From Malacoraja senta (lineage: Eukaryota): DNA of 64,000 bases. Under the pieces are notes generated by a model. It had not been told where the DNA came from and did no database searches. It worked only from the letters and a program-made list of their open reading frames with translations. The DNA lies in the NCBI GenBank assembly GCA_038087875.1, contig CM075992.1, positions 10,914,001-10,978,000 of the forward strand. The letters run 5' to 3'. Each line of letters opens with the position of its first letter. Position 1 is the stretch's first letter. This document shows, piece by piece, positions 36,454 through 47,989 of this stretch. Both the position numbers and the translations under genes were made by a program.

Positions 36454-36660
36454 AGCCCTGTCTCACGGTGCGAGCTGACCCACGAGGTACTCCGAGTGAA
36501 AGACTCGTGGAAGTGTACGAGATTCCAAGTGTATGATCAAGAGTTTAACCGAATTCCCACGGGTATGACTAAGTTTGCCGTTTACTTGTCATTTCTGCGA
36601 TGTTCCAAGTTCGTCTCCCGAGTTACCAAGTTCCTCTCCCGAGTTACTCTTGAGCCAACC
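36454..36660. mobile_element. PIF/Harbinger MITE left portion
   Basis: aagccctgtctcacggtgcgag terminus resembling the other Harbinger ends; no right TIR. Confidence 0.45.
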
Positions 36661-36826
36661 GTGAATGAAGTCTGTTTTAATAAGCAACAGTGTTAAAGAA
36701 GACATCTCCATCCTGCGGCTTTGAGTTGATAGAATTCAGCGTGGCCGCATCTATTGATATGACCTACAAAGGGAAAATGCGCACCGTCCAGTGCCAGAGC
36801 AGTTATACTTATGATTTGTTTGAAAC

Positions 36827-37208
36827 AATAGCAGTGAGGAAGAAGCATTCTCACGTCTACACCAGTGATAAACCGTACAACTGTAAAGTAAGAAGCTGCG
36901 ACAAGTCATACACTCACCCTAGTTCTCTTCGCAAACACATGAAAGTTCACTGCAAATCTCCTCCCCCTCCCGCTAGCTCAGGCTATAAGCTTTCAAACAC
37001 ATCCTTGGGGATAGTGTCCCCAGCCGCAGAGACAGTCAGGGGCCGCACTGCCAGCGTGTCCTCGCAAGTAACTAACCTCAACGGATGGTACGTCTCTCAG
37101 GGAAGCAGGGCGGCCAACAGCCTGCACGCACCTTCCAACAATGGCACCTCGTCCGACACCGAGGATGAGGAAGCTTACACGAACTCTGATCCCAGAACTA
37201 TGCTCTGA
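36827..37208 (+). pseudogene. zic5: Zic5 last-exon fragment (end of ZF4, ZF5, C-terminal tail), decayed
   Basis: RKKHSHVYTSDKPYNCKVRSCDKSYTHPSSLRKHMKVHCKSPPP...SQVTNLNGWYVSQ...HAPSNNGTSSDTEDEE matches the vertebrate ZIC5 C-terminus. The Asp codon of NSSDR is reduced to one G (36836), His becomes Tyr at 36858-36860, and the start of ZF4 is missing. Confidence 0.85.
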
Positions 37209-39630
37209 CATAGGTGCGTTGGAGAAGTGTGCAAGTGGGCAAGAGTCAACGCAGGGTTAGTGGCAATGGAGCCCATCAACTAAAGGCAGCTAGGATGTCC
37301 AATGATGACCATCTTACACCAGCTAGATTCAAACCTCGTAGGAAAGGAATTTAAGGGCTAAGTATAGGTTCTTAGGCAACTTTTTGGCCTCCGTGTCAGT
37401 CAGAATTATTGTGTGTACTTCGAGGTAAAAGAGAATCGCTATCTCATTTACTTTCAGACTATAGATATTGATTTTCTGAAATCAGACGTGACTTAAATAG
37501 ATAAAACATATCATCAGACCCATTTCGGACTGGCAATAGAATCTTCGACCCACGAGAAACACCTCGCTTCTTGGAAGTGATACATACATAGCCGATCTTT
37601 GCCTACTCCCAAATTAGAGACCATTGTCCGAAAGAAGGGAAATTCTACAATTCTGTGAAATCTTCATGACTACAATCCCTGGAGGGAATCAAAACGGCCA
37701 TAGCCTTGTGTTCAGTGAAATGACACAGTGCCACCACGTTCGGTAACGAAGCACAAGCGACATTCTATTTACACATCCCTAACATACAAAGCTGAATTCG
37801 GACTTTCCTGCTATATGTGAAAAGAGTCTTCTATCAGTAAGAGTGAAACTCACAAGTACTCTATTTGACCCTGAAATCAGAATCGATAATCCTTAAATCC
37901 AAGAGCTCTAGGATTCTTTTGTGTGATCTATCCGTCATGGTAAAGCCAAAAATCTCATATTTTACACATAATTATTCAGGCCTTCAGACAAACAAACTAA
38001 AGAGCACTAAAATGTCCTTAGAGACCAGAAGATGCAAAAATGACAGGTCTGTCCCTGTAGGATTTGTACATCATTGTTGTGGGCAGCAAGTCGTTGATGT
38101 AATCGTTAGCTATCTTAAGATTTTGTCCAGAAATGCTCTTTTATTTGTAAACTATAATTTATTTGCTGATGTGTCATATCTTTCTGTGATAGTACAGACA
38201 CACCAAATAATTATATTATTACGTTTGGTGCGGTATTGTGGTGTTTATGAATCTGTGGTTTCGTCAGACAATTTAATTTTTGATTAATTGAATGAAATGT
38301 GAAAAGTAAAATATGTGATTGTTTATTTCTACTCAGTGGTGGTTAATCGTTGTAACTACAGTATTGGTCCATGTTATGATCATGATGCATGTTGCAGTCA
38401 TCTTGTATTTCCCTTGCATTGACAAACGCCACCCAGAACTCCTGATTGAAAAAAATGCAACAAAGACAGTTCCTTTATTTAGCAATGTTACAAAATTTTG
38501 ACATTTAAAAAATAAAGTCTGCAATTTATCCCATCAGATAAAGCATAAAAGGAAGTTTAATTTGACACATAACTCACTTTCATATCTTCAGTATTAAAAA
38601 AGTTATGGCCATTTTCATACTCGGAAATTAGCATCTTGTTCCCTATTGCTTATCCATTGACTTAACACAAAAGCTGTGATCGAGGACAGTCAAAAGCCCA
38701 TAACTTTCTTAAAAATTAAGAGAACTGAAAGAAATTTTCAGTTATTATAGATTGAAGCATTCTGAACCAAATATGAAACAATCTTACTTAGAAGACATGA
38801 AATTAAAGCATATAATTAGTTAGTTACCCAATTGTAGCTAATTACAAAATTCAATTACTAGATCTAAACATCTATCAATTTCTTAAGAATAGATTAACAT
38901 TTTTAAATAGCCTGTGTCCAAATAACATTCACACAACAATTCACAATATAACATAATTTTTAAATCTCATTGTCATGAATTTACAGGCCAAATGGAAGGA
39001 ATTGAATGTTTAATACCTATAAATTAATAGGCATTTAAATCATTTTGTGAGTGAGGATTTCTGGAACGCGATCATTTGGAACGTTCATTTGCGGTGAATT
39101 TAACCCCGTATCGGCATGAAAAATACTGCCGTTAGTTCGGGGAATAAAATCACCGTTTCGCATGAAAAAATGTGAATAAAAGGCTTCTTAAGAAGCACTT
39201 TTATACATTTAAATAAACCACTTTCGTTTACCTGTCCCGTGTGTGAAATCCGTCCCCGTTATCGGCGTTGACGGCTTCAGGAGCTGATTTTAAAATGACT
39301 CCAGGGCTGACATTGTCGATTTAATAAAAATAAAAAATTCACAAAACGCCCCTAGGAACGTTTTTTCAGCAAACGCTTGTACTCCAACAAAATATAATTC
39401 AGGACAAGGTAGGAGAAACCCGTGTTTTAAGCCCGCCCCCCCCTTAAAGGCGCCAAAATCGCGCACACGGCCAGTGGCAGAATTACAGCACCATTGAAGG
39501 TAAGTATTGTAACATACCTACTTTATTGAAATGAATGGTCCACGTTTACTTTGTGTTTCAGTGAAAGAGGTTAAACCGTGTGACAGTATATTTTCCAATT
39601 GTGAATAAAGAGATATTGTTTTTCCTCTGT
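37209..39630 (+). other. Probable zic5 3' UTR remnant, interrupted by a MITE
   Basis: Apparently non-repetitive AT-rich sequence after the stop codon; AATAAA at 39604-39609; no poly(A) tract. Confidence 0.5.
38480..39520 (+). mobile_element. Non-autonomous DNA transposon, TAG...CTA ends, 7-bp TSD (hATw-like)
   Basis: Imperfect TIRs tagcaatgttacaa / ttgtaacataccta; TSD ctttatt (38473-38479, 39521-39527). Confidence 0.85.
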
Positions 39631-41749
39631 TTTAATAATCGTATTCCATATTAAATGTCTAAATCCTAACAAAATGTCGAAACGTGATTTTTTTGCGGGG
39701 TCTGCGGATGTAGCAACACTCAACTCGATCTTCGATAGTGAAGAATCGAGTAATCTCAGCCAATGGTGGAAAGCCAGATGATTTCAGGCCCCGGGAGTGA
39801 GTTTTATGTTTATATGTTTATTGTTGCACAAGGACCTCTGCCTCTGTGCAAATATTTACCTGTTCAATGGCAGAATGGGAGACATGTAAGAGGCAGGTTG
39901 AAGAAGCTACCTGGATACAATTGGCAGCCAGATGTAAAACAGTTCACAATATTATCTGTAATCGTTATTTGAAAACGACGTAAAAAAGGCAAGCAAAAAA
40001 GTCACATTTGTTTTCGGAAATCAAAATGTTCTGGGGTCCAAAATTGCAGGGAAACTGGGAGATATATTGGTTGAGGCGAAATCAAGATTTAACGAAGATT
40101 CCCGTTTTACAAATCCGGTCGCAGTACACGAATATACCGAACTGTTTTAATATCTCCACAGTTCAGTTGTAACCTCGCCCCACAAATGTTATACTTGATT
40201 ATTTACATTTTATTGCACGGTCGCCCCCAGCAGCGCATAAAACCAAAATGCAGCATCAAAAACAATGCGGCAAAATACATAGTTTCCGCAGTTCAATTTC
40301 TGATTGTCACAGTTCTAGATATGATGAAGTTTTTCATAATTCATCATCTGTCTCAGAGGAACTGAATTTGTCTCTAGGATCATAATGGATATTTAAATTA
40401 TTATCGTCGACTTTATGTACGTTATGGGTGGTATATCCCATGTACCGCTGATCGCGCTTCAGGGTCACCTTGTGAAGGTGGATATCATACCACCTAAAAG
40501 TGCTGGAGTTACACAAAGACACAGCAGAAATTTGGAAATGTCATCCCATCACACATTCCTTCTCTCCAGAGATGCTGCCTGCCCGCTGAGTTAAAGAGTT
40601 CCCACGGTAGACTCACGAGTCACTAAGGTAAACGCACGGGCCACTACGTTCTTACAACGTATTTAAACGTTTCAAATTTTAACCTCAAGAGTACATTTTA
40701 CTCGTGGAAAAGTTTAAACATGTTTGAATTTTTCCAAGAGTTAACAAGTGTCACGGGTACCTGCCGTTAGCGCCAAGAGTCGCTAAGTTGCGTCCACGAG
40801 TTCCGACTTTCAAGTGTTCAAGTTCAAGTGAGTTTATTGTCATCTGTCCCTGATAGGACAATTAAATTCTTGCTTTGCTTCAGCACAACAGAACATAGTA
40901 GACATAGGTTTAATCCTTCACCCTTTAGATTATAATGATGCAGAACACCAGCAGAATCAAATTGCAAATGATTTGCTGACAACAAATGCATCTAAATCAT
41001 ACCACTGGCACTAAAAAGAAGCATAATGAGACAAAAAAGGACTGAAATTAATTTAGGGCGCAATTACCAAATCTTGACTTAAGAGGAGGCTATTAAGAGT
41101 CAGGAAGACATGTTTCAGCTTTATGGGACTTTGGTGAGGCTGCATTTGGCGACGTACAGTGGCTGCCTTGACAACAGTCTGCCTCGTCCCTTTCTCTCTT
41201 TATTGTTTTTTAGTCTGTAGCTAAATGTTGTTTTAGTGTATGTTTAGTTTTGCGTTAGGTGGTGGGGGGGACTTTTTTATCTCTTTCCTCGACGGAGATG
41301 TGACTTTTCCTTTTCATATCTACATCTGCACTGCGGCCTAACATTGTGTAGCTGGCGGCCTCTTGCTGGGGATCGATCTTGGGTCCGCCAGCCGCGGATA
41401 ACATCGTGGACAGGGCCGGATTTACGTACAAGCTAGACAAGCTTAAGCTTAGGGCCTTGAGATCTAGGGGGGCCTCTGCTCGCTCCACCAAGGTGTATAC
41501 AACTTTTGAGATAGTGGCGTTGTTACAAAACCTACCATCATTGGCGCTGTGCGATAGTGGCGTTGTTACAAAACCTACCATCAGTGGCGCTGTGCTTGCG
41601 ATTCCGGAGGCTTTGGTGGTGTAGGGGGGGAGGGGGGGGGTAGGATATATTAGTTGTGGAGAGGAATTTGCTCCACAGATCCTTGGATCATTCGAAGTGC
41701 AGGACAAAGCAAAAGGTATGTAGTTTATTTAACCTTTTTCCCCCGCCAA

Positions 41750-41950
41750 ACTTCGCCGCCGCATTGGGGCCTACCCACCTCGCCGGTGCACTGGGGCCTA
41801 CCCACCTTGCATCCGCACTGGGGGCCTATCCACTTCGCCGCCGCACTGGGGCCTACCCACCTCGCATCCGCACTGGGGGCCTATCCACCTCGCATCCGCA
41901 CGGGCCTACCCACCTCGCCGGCGCACTGGGGGCCTACCCACCTCGCCGCC
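41750..41950. repeat. ~30-bp minisatellite inside the hAT element
   Basis: Repeated cgcactggggcctacccacctcgcc variants. Confidence 0.85.
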
Positions 41951-43900
41951 GTCCTAGTGCTAGTCAACCTAACCCTGGTAACCTCAGTGGCTGTTCCACT
42001 GGGTCTTCCCCATCCCCCTCAAACTATGTGACCTCTGCTCTTCCCCACCCACACTACAGTCTTCATGCCCCCCTCCTCCCTGACCACCCACCAACCAGAC
42101 ATTGCCTCGGCCTTAGTCCACTCACCTGCCTTCCTCTGGCCCCAACCCGCATCCCTGCCATGTGTTCACCATCCCCCCTGACCTCCTCTCCGACACCGAA
42201 CGGTCGGTCCTCAGCAGAGGTCTTACCTTTGTCCCCCTCCGTCCCCACCTCAATGAGTTCCGCGCCCACCACGACTTGCAGCTCTTCTACCGTCGCCTCC
42301 GCCTCACAGCGTTCTTCCATGGGAAGGAGTCCTCGCCCCCTATTGATGATCCCTTTTCCCATCTCCAACGAACCCCCTCCTCGTGGACCCCCCCTCATGG
42401 CCTTCCGGCATTAGACCTTTTTATCCAAAACTGCCGGCGGGGCATCAACCACCTCAACTTCTTCACTCCCCTGTCTCACTCCAATCTCTCCCCCCCTGAA
42501 CGTACAGCCATCAACTCACTCCGCAACAACCCAGACTGAGTTATCAAACCCGCCGACAAGGGAGGTGACGTGGTAGTCTGTCTCGTCGATCTCTACAAAG
42601 CTGAGGCCACGCACCAACTCTCGGACAACTCCTCCTACTTACCCCTGGACCATGACTCCACAGATGAGCACCAGGCCACTATCTCCAGCACCATCACTGA
42701 CTTCATCCACTCCGGCTCCCTGCCCCCCCCCCCCCGAGCCTCCAACCTCATCGTTCCCCAGCCCCGCACGGCCCGATTTTACCATCTCCCCAAAGTCCAC
42801 AAACCGGACTGTCCTGGTAGACCCATTGTCTCTGCCTATTTGTGCCCTACCGAACTTATTTCCACATACCTTGACTCCATCCTATCCCCACTGGTTAAAT
42901 CCCTACCTACCTATGTTCAAGACACCTCAGACACTCTCCGTCGTCTCCGCGCATTCCATTCTCTAGGCCCCCATCCCCTCATCTTCACCATGGACGTCCA
43001 GTCACTCTACACCTCCATCCCCCACCAGGATGGTCTTAAAGCCCTCCGGTTCTTCCTCGACCGGAGAATCAACCTATACCCGTCCACTGATATCTCCTCC
43101 GCCTAGCGGAGTTGGTCCTTACCCTCAATAACTTCTCGTTGACTCCTCCCATTTCCTCCAAATACAAGGTGTAGCTATGGGCACGCACATGGGCCCCAGC
43201 TATGCCTGCCTCTTTGTCGGGTACGTCGAACAATCCTTGTTCGAGGCGTATCAGGGCCTCTACCTCTGCTACATCGACGATTGCTTTGGTGCTACCTCCT
43301 GCACCCACACACAACTGACTGACTTCATCCGCTTCACCACTAACTTCCATCCAGCACTCAAATACACCTGGACCATTTCCGACACTTCCCTACCATTTCT
43401 TGACCTCACTATCTCCATTGCAGGTGATAGACTTCTGACCGACATCCACTATAAACCCACTGACTCCCATGGCTATCTAGACTTCTTCCCACCCTGCTTC
43501 CTGTAAGGACTCCATCCCTACTCCCAATTCCTCCGTCTACGCCGCATCTGCTCCCAGGATGAGGTGTTCCACACCAGGGCATCGGAAATGTCCTCATTCT
43601 TCAGGGAACGGGAGTTCCCCTCCCCTACCATAGATGAGACTCTCACCAGGGTCTCTTCCATACCCTGTAACACTGCTCTCTCTCCCCATCCTCCCACTCG
43701 TAACAAGGGCAGAGTCCCCCTAGTCCTCACCTTTCACCCCACCAGCCGTCACATACAACAAATAGTCCTCCGTCATTTTCGCCACCTCCAACGTGACCCC
43801 ACCACTCGCCACATCTTCCCATCTCCCCCCCTGTTTGCTTTCCGCAAAGACCGCTCCCTCCGCAACTCCCTGGTCAATTCTTCCCTTCCCTCCTGCACCA
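41951..43900 (+). pseudogene. Penelope-like reverse transcriptase, frameshifted, GIY-YIG domain absent
   Basis: VLSRGLTFVP, KPADKGG, FYHLPKVHKPDCPGRPIVS, TMDVQSLYTSIPH, AMGTHMGPSYACLF, YIDD, LPFLDL, VPLVLTFHP. Confidence 0.9.
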
Positions 43901-44307
43901 CCCGAAGTCCACAGGCTGAGCAGGGCGGAGATTCACGCTGGCGGCCCTCGGCAAAGGGATCCCAGGGCTCCACAATGTTTAAATCAGCGCAGCCCGAGGC
44001 TGGGAGCTCCGCAAACGACAACTCCATGATGTTGAAGCAGCAGGCCCAACACTCCAGAGCTTCAAACGGCGATCCAGGTAAGGCATCGCCTGCACCGCGG
44101 TGAATCCAATATGTATTTTAAAACCAACTGTTTAATGACAACATACAGTAGGATCTAAAAGTGTCACACTGTCACTGTCGGGTAGTAATGATCCTCTAGT
44201 CGTGGGGGTGGGAGATTGGGAGGGGGGGGGGCCTCATAAGTGAAATAGCTTAGGGCCTCTCTTCATCTAAATCCGGCCCTGATCGTGGAGCTCAGGGTCT
44301 CTGGTTA

Positions 44308-44945
44308 GTCAGTCAAGTCGTCACATTTATTAATATAGCACATTTAAAAAACAACTCTCGTTGGCCAAAGTGCTTTACATTTGTTATAAGAATAGCACAA
44401 ACAAAACAAACTACATACATATATACATGCAGCCCTCACTCAGAGGACGTCAGGAAAGGCTTGGGAGTATAGATAAGTCTTTAGTCTTGACTTAAAAGAG
44501 TCGATGGAGGGGACAGTTCTGATGGGAAAGGGGATGCTGTTCCACAGTGTAGGGGCTGCAACCGCAAAGGCGCGGTCGCCCCTGAGCTTATGCCTAGACC
44601 GTGGGATATTCAGCAACCCCAAGTCGGCCGATCTGAGGGGCCTGGAGGTGGAGTGGTGGGTGAAAAGACTTTTTATGTAGGTGGGGGCAAGCCCATTGAG
44701 GGCTTTGTAGACATGGAGGAGGATCTTGAAGTTTATACGGAACCACACAGGGAGCCAGTGGAGAGAGGCCAGGATCGGGGTGATGTCCCTTTTTCGGGTG
44801 CCCGTCAGGAGTCTCGCTGCGGCGTTTTGGAGCAGTTGCAGGCGGGACAGGGAAGATTGGCTGATGCCAGTGTAAAGGGAGTTGCAGTAATCTAGGCGGG
44901 AGGAGATGAATGTGTGGATGATCTTTTCGAGGTCATCAAACTGGT
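44308..44945 (-). mobile_element. L2-clade LINE 3' end
   Basis: SRLDYCNSL...LQLLQNAAARLL...LHWLPV...YKALNGLAP; same family as 15957-16465. Confidence 0.9.
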
Positions 44946-45094
44946 TAGGGACCGGGTTCCGGAGCTCCAACTGCAGAAGCTTCAACCGCCCCGATGTGGG
45001 AGCTTCAATCGAAGGCTGCGGGAGCTTCGTTCGTCCCGACTGCAGATGGTTCGACTCCCCCGACCGTGGGAGGAAAAGGAGGAAAGAAGATTTT

Positions 45095-46677
45095 AGAAAC
45101 ATAGAAACATAGAAAATAGTTACAGGAGTAGGCCATTCGGCCCTTCGAGCCTGCACCACCATTCAATATGAACATGGCTGATCATCCAACTCAGTATCCT
45201 GTACCTGCCTTCTCTCCATATCCCTGATCCCTTTAGCCACAAGGGCCACATCTAACTCCCTCTTAAATATAGCCAATGAACTGGCCTCAACTACCTTCTG
45301 TGGCAGAGAATTCCACAGATTCACCACTCTCTGTGTAAAAAATGATTTTCTCATCTCGGTCCTAAAGGATTTTCCCCTTAACCTTAAATTGTGACCCCTT
45401 GTTGTGGACTTCCCCAACATCGGGAATAATCTTCCTGCATCTAGCCTGTCCAACCCCTTAAGAATTTTGTAAGTTTCTATAAGATCCACCCTCAATCTTC
45501 TAAATTCTAGCGAGTACAAGCCGAGTCTATCCAGTCTTTCTTCATATTAAAGTCCTGCCATCCCAGGAATCAATCTGGTGAACCTTCTCTGTACTCCCTC
45601 TATGGCAAGAATGTATTTCCTCAGATTAGGAGACCAAAACTGCACGCAATACTCCAGGTGTGGTCTCACCAAGACCCTGTACAACTGCAGTAGAACCTCC
45701 CTGCTCTTATACTCAAATCCTTTTGCTATGAATGCTAACATACCATTCGCTTTCTTCACTGCCTGCTGCACCTGCATTCCTACTTTCAATGACTGGTGTA
45801 CCGTGACACCCAGGTCTCGTTGCATCTCCCCTTTTCCTAGTCGGCCACCATTCAGATAATAGTCTACTTTCCTGTTTTTGCCACCAAAGTGGATAACCTC
45901 TCAATTATCCACATTATACTGCATCTGCCATGCATTTGCCCACTCACCCAAGCTATCGAAGTCACCTTGCAGCCTCCTAGCATCCTCCTCACAGCTAACA
46001 CTGCCCCCCAGCTTTGTGTCATCTGCAAACTTGGAGATGTTGCATTCAATTCCCTCATCCAGATCATTAATATTTATTGTAAATAGCTGGGATCCCATCA
46101 CTGAGCCTTGCGGTACCCCACTAGTCCCTGCCTGCCATTCTGAAAAGGACCCGTTTACTCCTACTCTTTGCTTCCTGTCTGCCAGCCAGTTCTCTATCCA
46201 CATCAATACTGAACCCCCAATATCATGTACTTTAAGTTTGCATACTAATCTCTTATGTAGGACCTTGTCGAAAGCCTTCTGAAAGTCCAGATATAACAAA
46301 TCCACTGGTTCTCCCTTATCCACTCTACTAGTTACATCCTCGAAAAATTCTATAAGATTCGTCAGACATGATTTACCTTTCATAAATCCATGCTGACTTT
46401 GTCCAATGAATTCACGACTTTCCAAATGTGCTGCTATCTCATCTTTAATAACTGACTAGCATTTTCCCCACTACCGATGTTAGACTAACTGGTCTGTAAT
46501 TCCCTGTTTTCTCTCTCCCTCCCTTTTTAAAAGATTAGCTACCCTCCAATCCTCAGGAACTACTCCAGAATCTAAAGAGTTTTGAAAAATTATCACTAAT
46601 GCATCCACTATTTCTGGGGCTACTTCCTTAAGTACTCTGGGATGCAACTTATCTGGCCCTGGGGATTTATCGGCCTT
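45095..46677 (-). mobile_element. CR1 LINE 3' portion
   Basis: SQHGFMKGKSCLTNL, SGVPQGSV, SKFADDTKLGG; (tttctatg)n tail near 45095. Confidence 0.95.
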
Positions 46678-47989
46678 CGATCACAGTGAAGAATGTGGAG
46701 GAGCTGCTGTGATGGATGTTTATGTTTAATTTTTATGTGGTTGCGTTTTTGTTGATTTTTTGATATGACTGTATGGCAAATCAAATTCCTCGTATGATTT
46801 ACATACTTGTTTTGTTTTCATACTTGGCAAATAAAATAAAAATAAATTACAATTTGTTCTGGTTGCCTCATTGCAGTAAGGATATGGAGGCCTTGGAGAG
46901 GGTGCTGAAGATATTTACTAAAGTTTTCTCTGAATTAGAGGGATTAGCTATATGTTGTGTGCTGTACGCTCTATGCTGAGGTGTACTCTAATTGTTGCTT
47001 TTGTGGACCTGTTGGGTAGGTCAAGGTGTGCATACTTTGGCGCCTCTTTTGATTATTCCTACGTTGTTACAGGTGTGGTACTGTGCCCTCTCTGATGTCA
47101 AGAAGATGTAGGAAGACACAGGAAGCAACCACTTTCGATACTGTCATGAGTGTAATGGGAAAAAGGATTTAAATGAGGAACATACAACAATACAGCTCAG
47201 GGACAGATCGTACTGCCCACAATGTCCATGCAGAATAAGATACCAGGATAAACTAATCTCCTCTACATGCAAGTAATCCATACCCTTCATTCCTTGCATA
47301 TTCATGTACCTATCTAAAAGGTTCTTAAATGCCACTACCATATCTGTCTCCATCACCACCCCTAGCAGTGGGTTCCTGGCACCCACCACCATCTTTGTAA
47401 ACACTTACCCCTCACATCTCCTTAACATTTTGGCTTCTCAGTTTAAAGCTATGCCTACTAGTCTTTGATACTTCCATTCTGAGAAAAGGGTTCTGCCTAT
47501 CTAAAGAAAATATTGGAGTTTTTTCTGCCTCTCGTCATTTTATATACCTATCAGAACACCCCTCAGCCCCTGATGCTCCATGAAAAGTAATCCAAGTTGT
47601 CCAACCACTTCTTATAGCTAACATCCTCAAATCCAGGCATCAATGTGTTTGCACCTTTGTGTTTGGACCCCTTTAGGGAATGTGGTGTTTGAAGTATTTT
47701 GAGCAATACTTTCTGAATTTGATCACCCCTTTCAGTCCCCCACATTTGATATCAAGTTTACCTTGACATCATGTTCGACATGGACAGTGTGGGCCAAAGG
47801 GCCTGTTCCTGTACTGTTCTATGTTAATGGCCATCAAATATCTCCCAGGCTGCATGTGTCAGATCTCCTGTCAAATGCTTGTGAGGCATCTGCAACTGGC
47901 TGCAGCTTGCCCTGATGGTCCTGGCACATCAGACTGGATTTGCTCTCAGACTCCTGCTTCTGATTCTGGTTTGCATTTACATTTTCATA

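Larger units (their letters stand above)
41411..44281 (+). mobile_element. Complete non-autonomous hAT element carrying Penelope RT
   Basis: TIRs cagggccggattta / taaatccggccctg; 8-bp TSD atcgtgga (41403-41410, 44282-44289). Confidence 0.92.
41147..46845 (+). repeat. Non-coding retroelement-like repeat hosting nested hAT, L2 and CR1 insertions
   Basis: Start and end resemble 9728-10455 (cacagtgaagaatgtggaggag...catacttggcaaataaaa); sits within a CR1 fragment. Confidence 0.5.

Noticed and set aside
36690..36836. N-terminal part of the 172-aa ORF as real Zic coding sequence
   Set aside because: No similarity to Zic ZF4 in this frame; the NSS codons are in another frame. It is an incidental open frame.
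36454..40805. zic5 fragment captured inside a Harbinger element
   Set aside because: Harbinger-like pieces lie on both sides (36454-36660, ~40590-40805), but no right TIR or TSD closes the structure.
41656..42414. 252-aa ORF as a novel protein
   Set aside because: Runs through a minisatellite and an alternative frame of the Penelope sequence.
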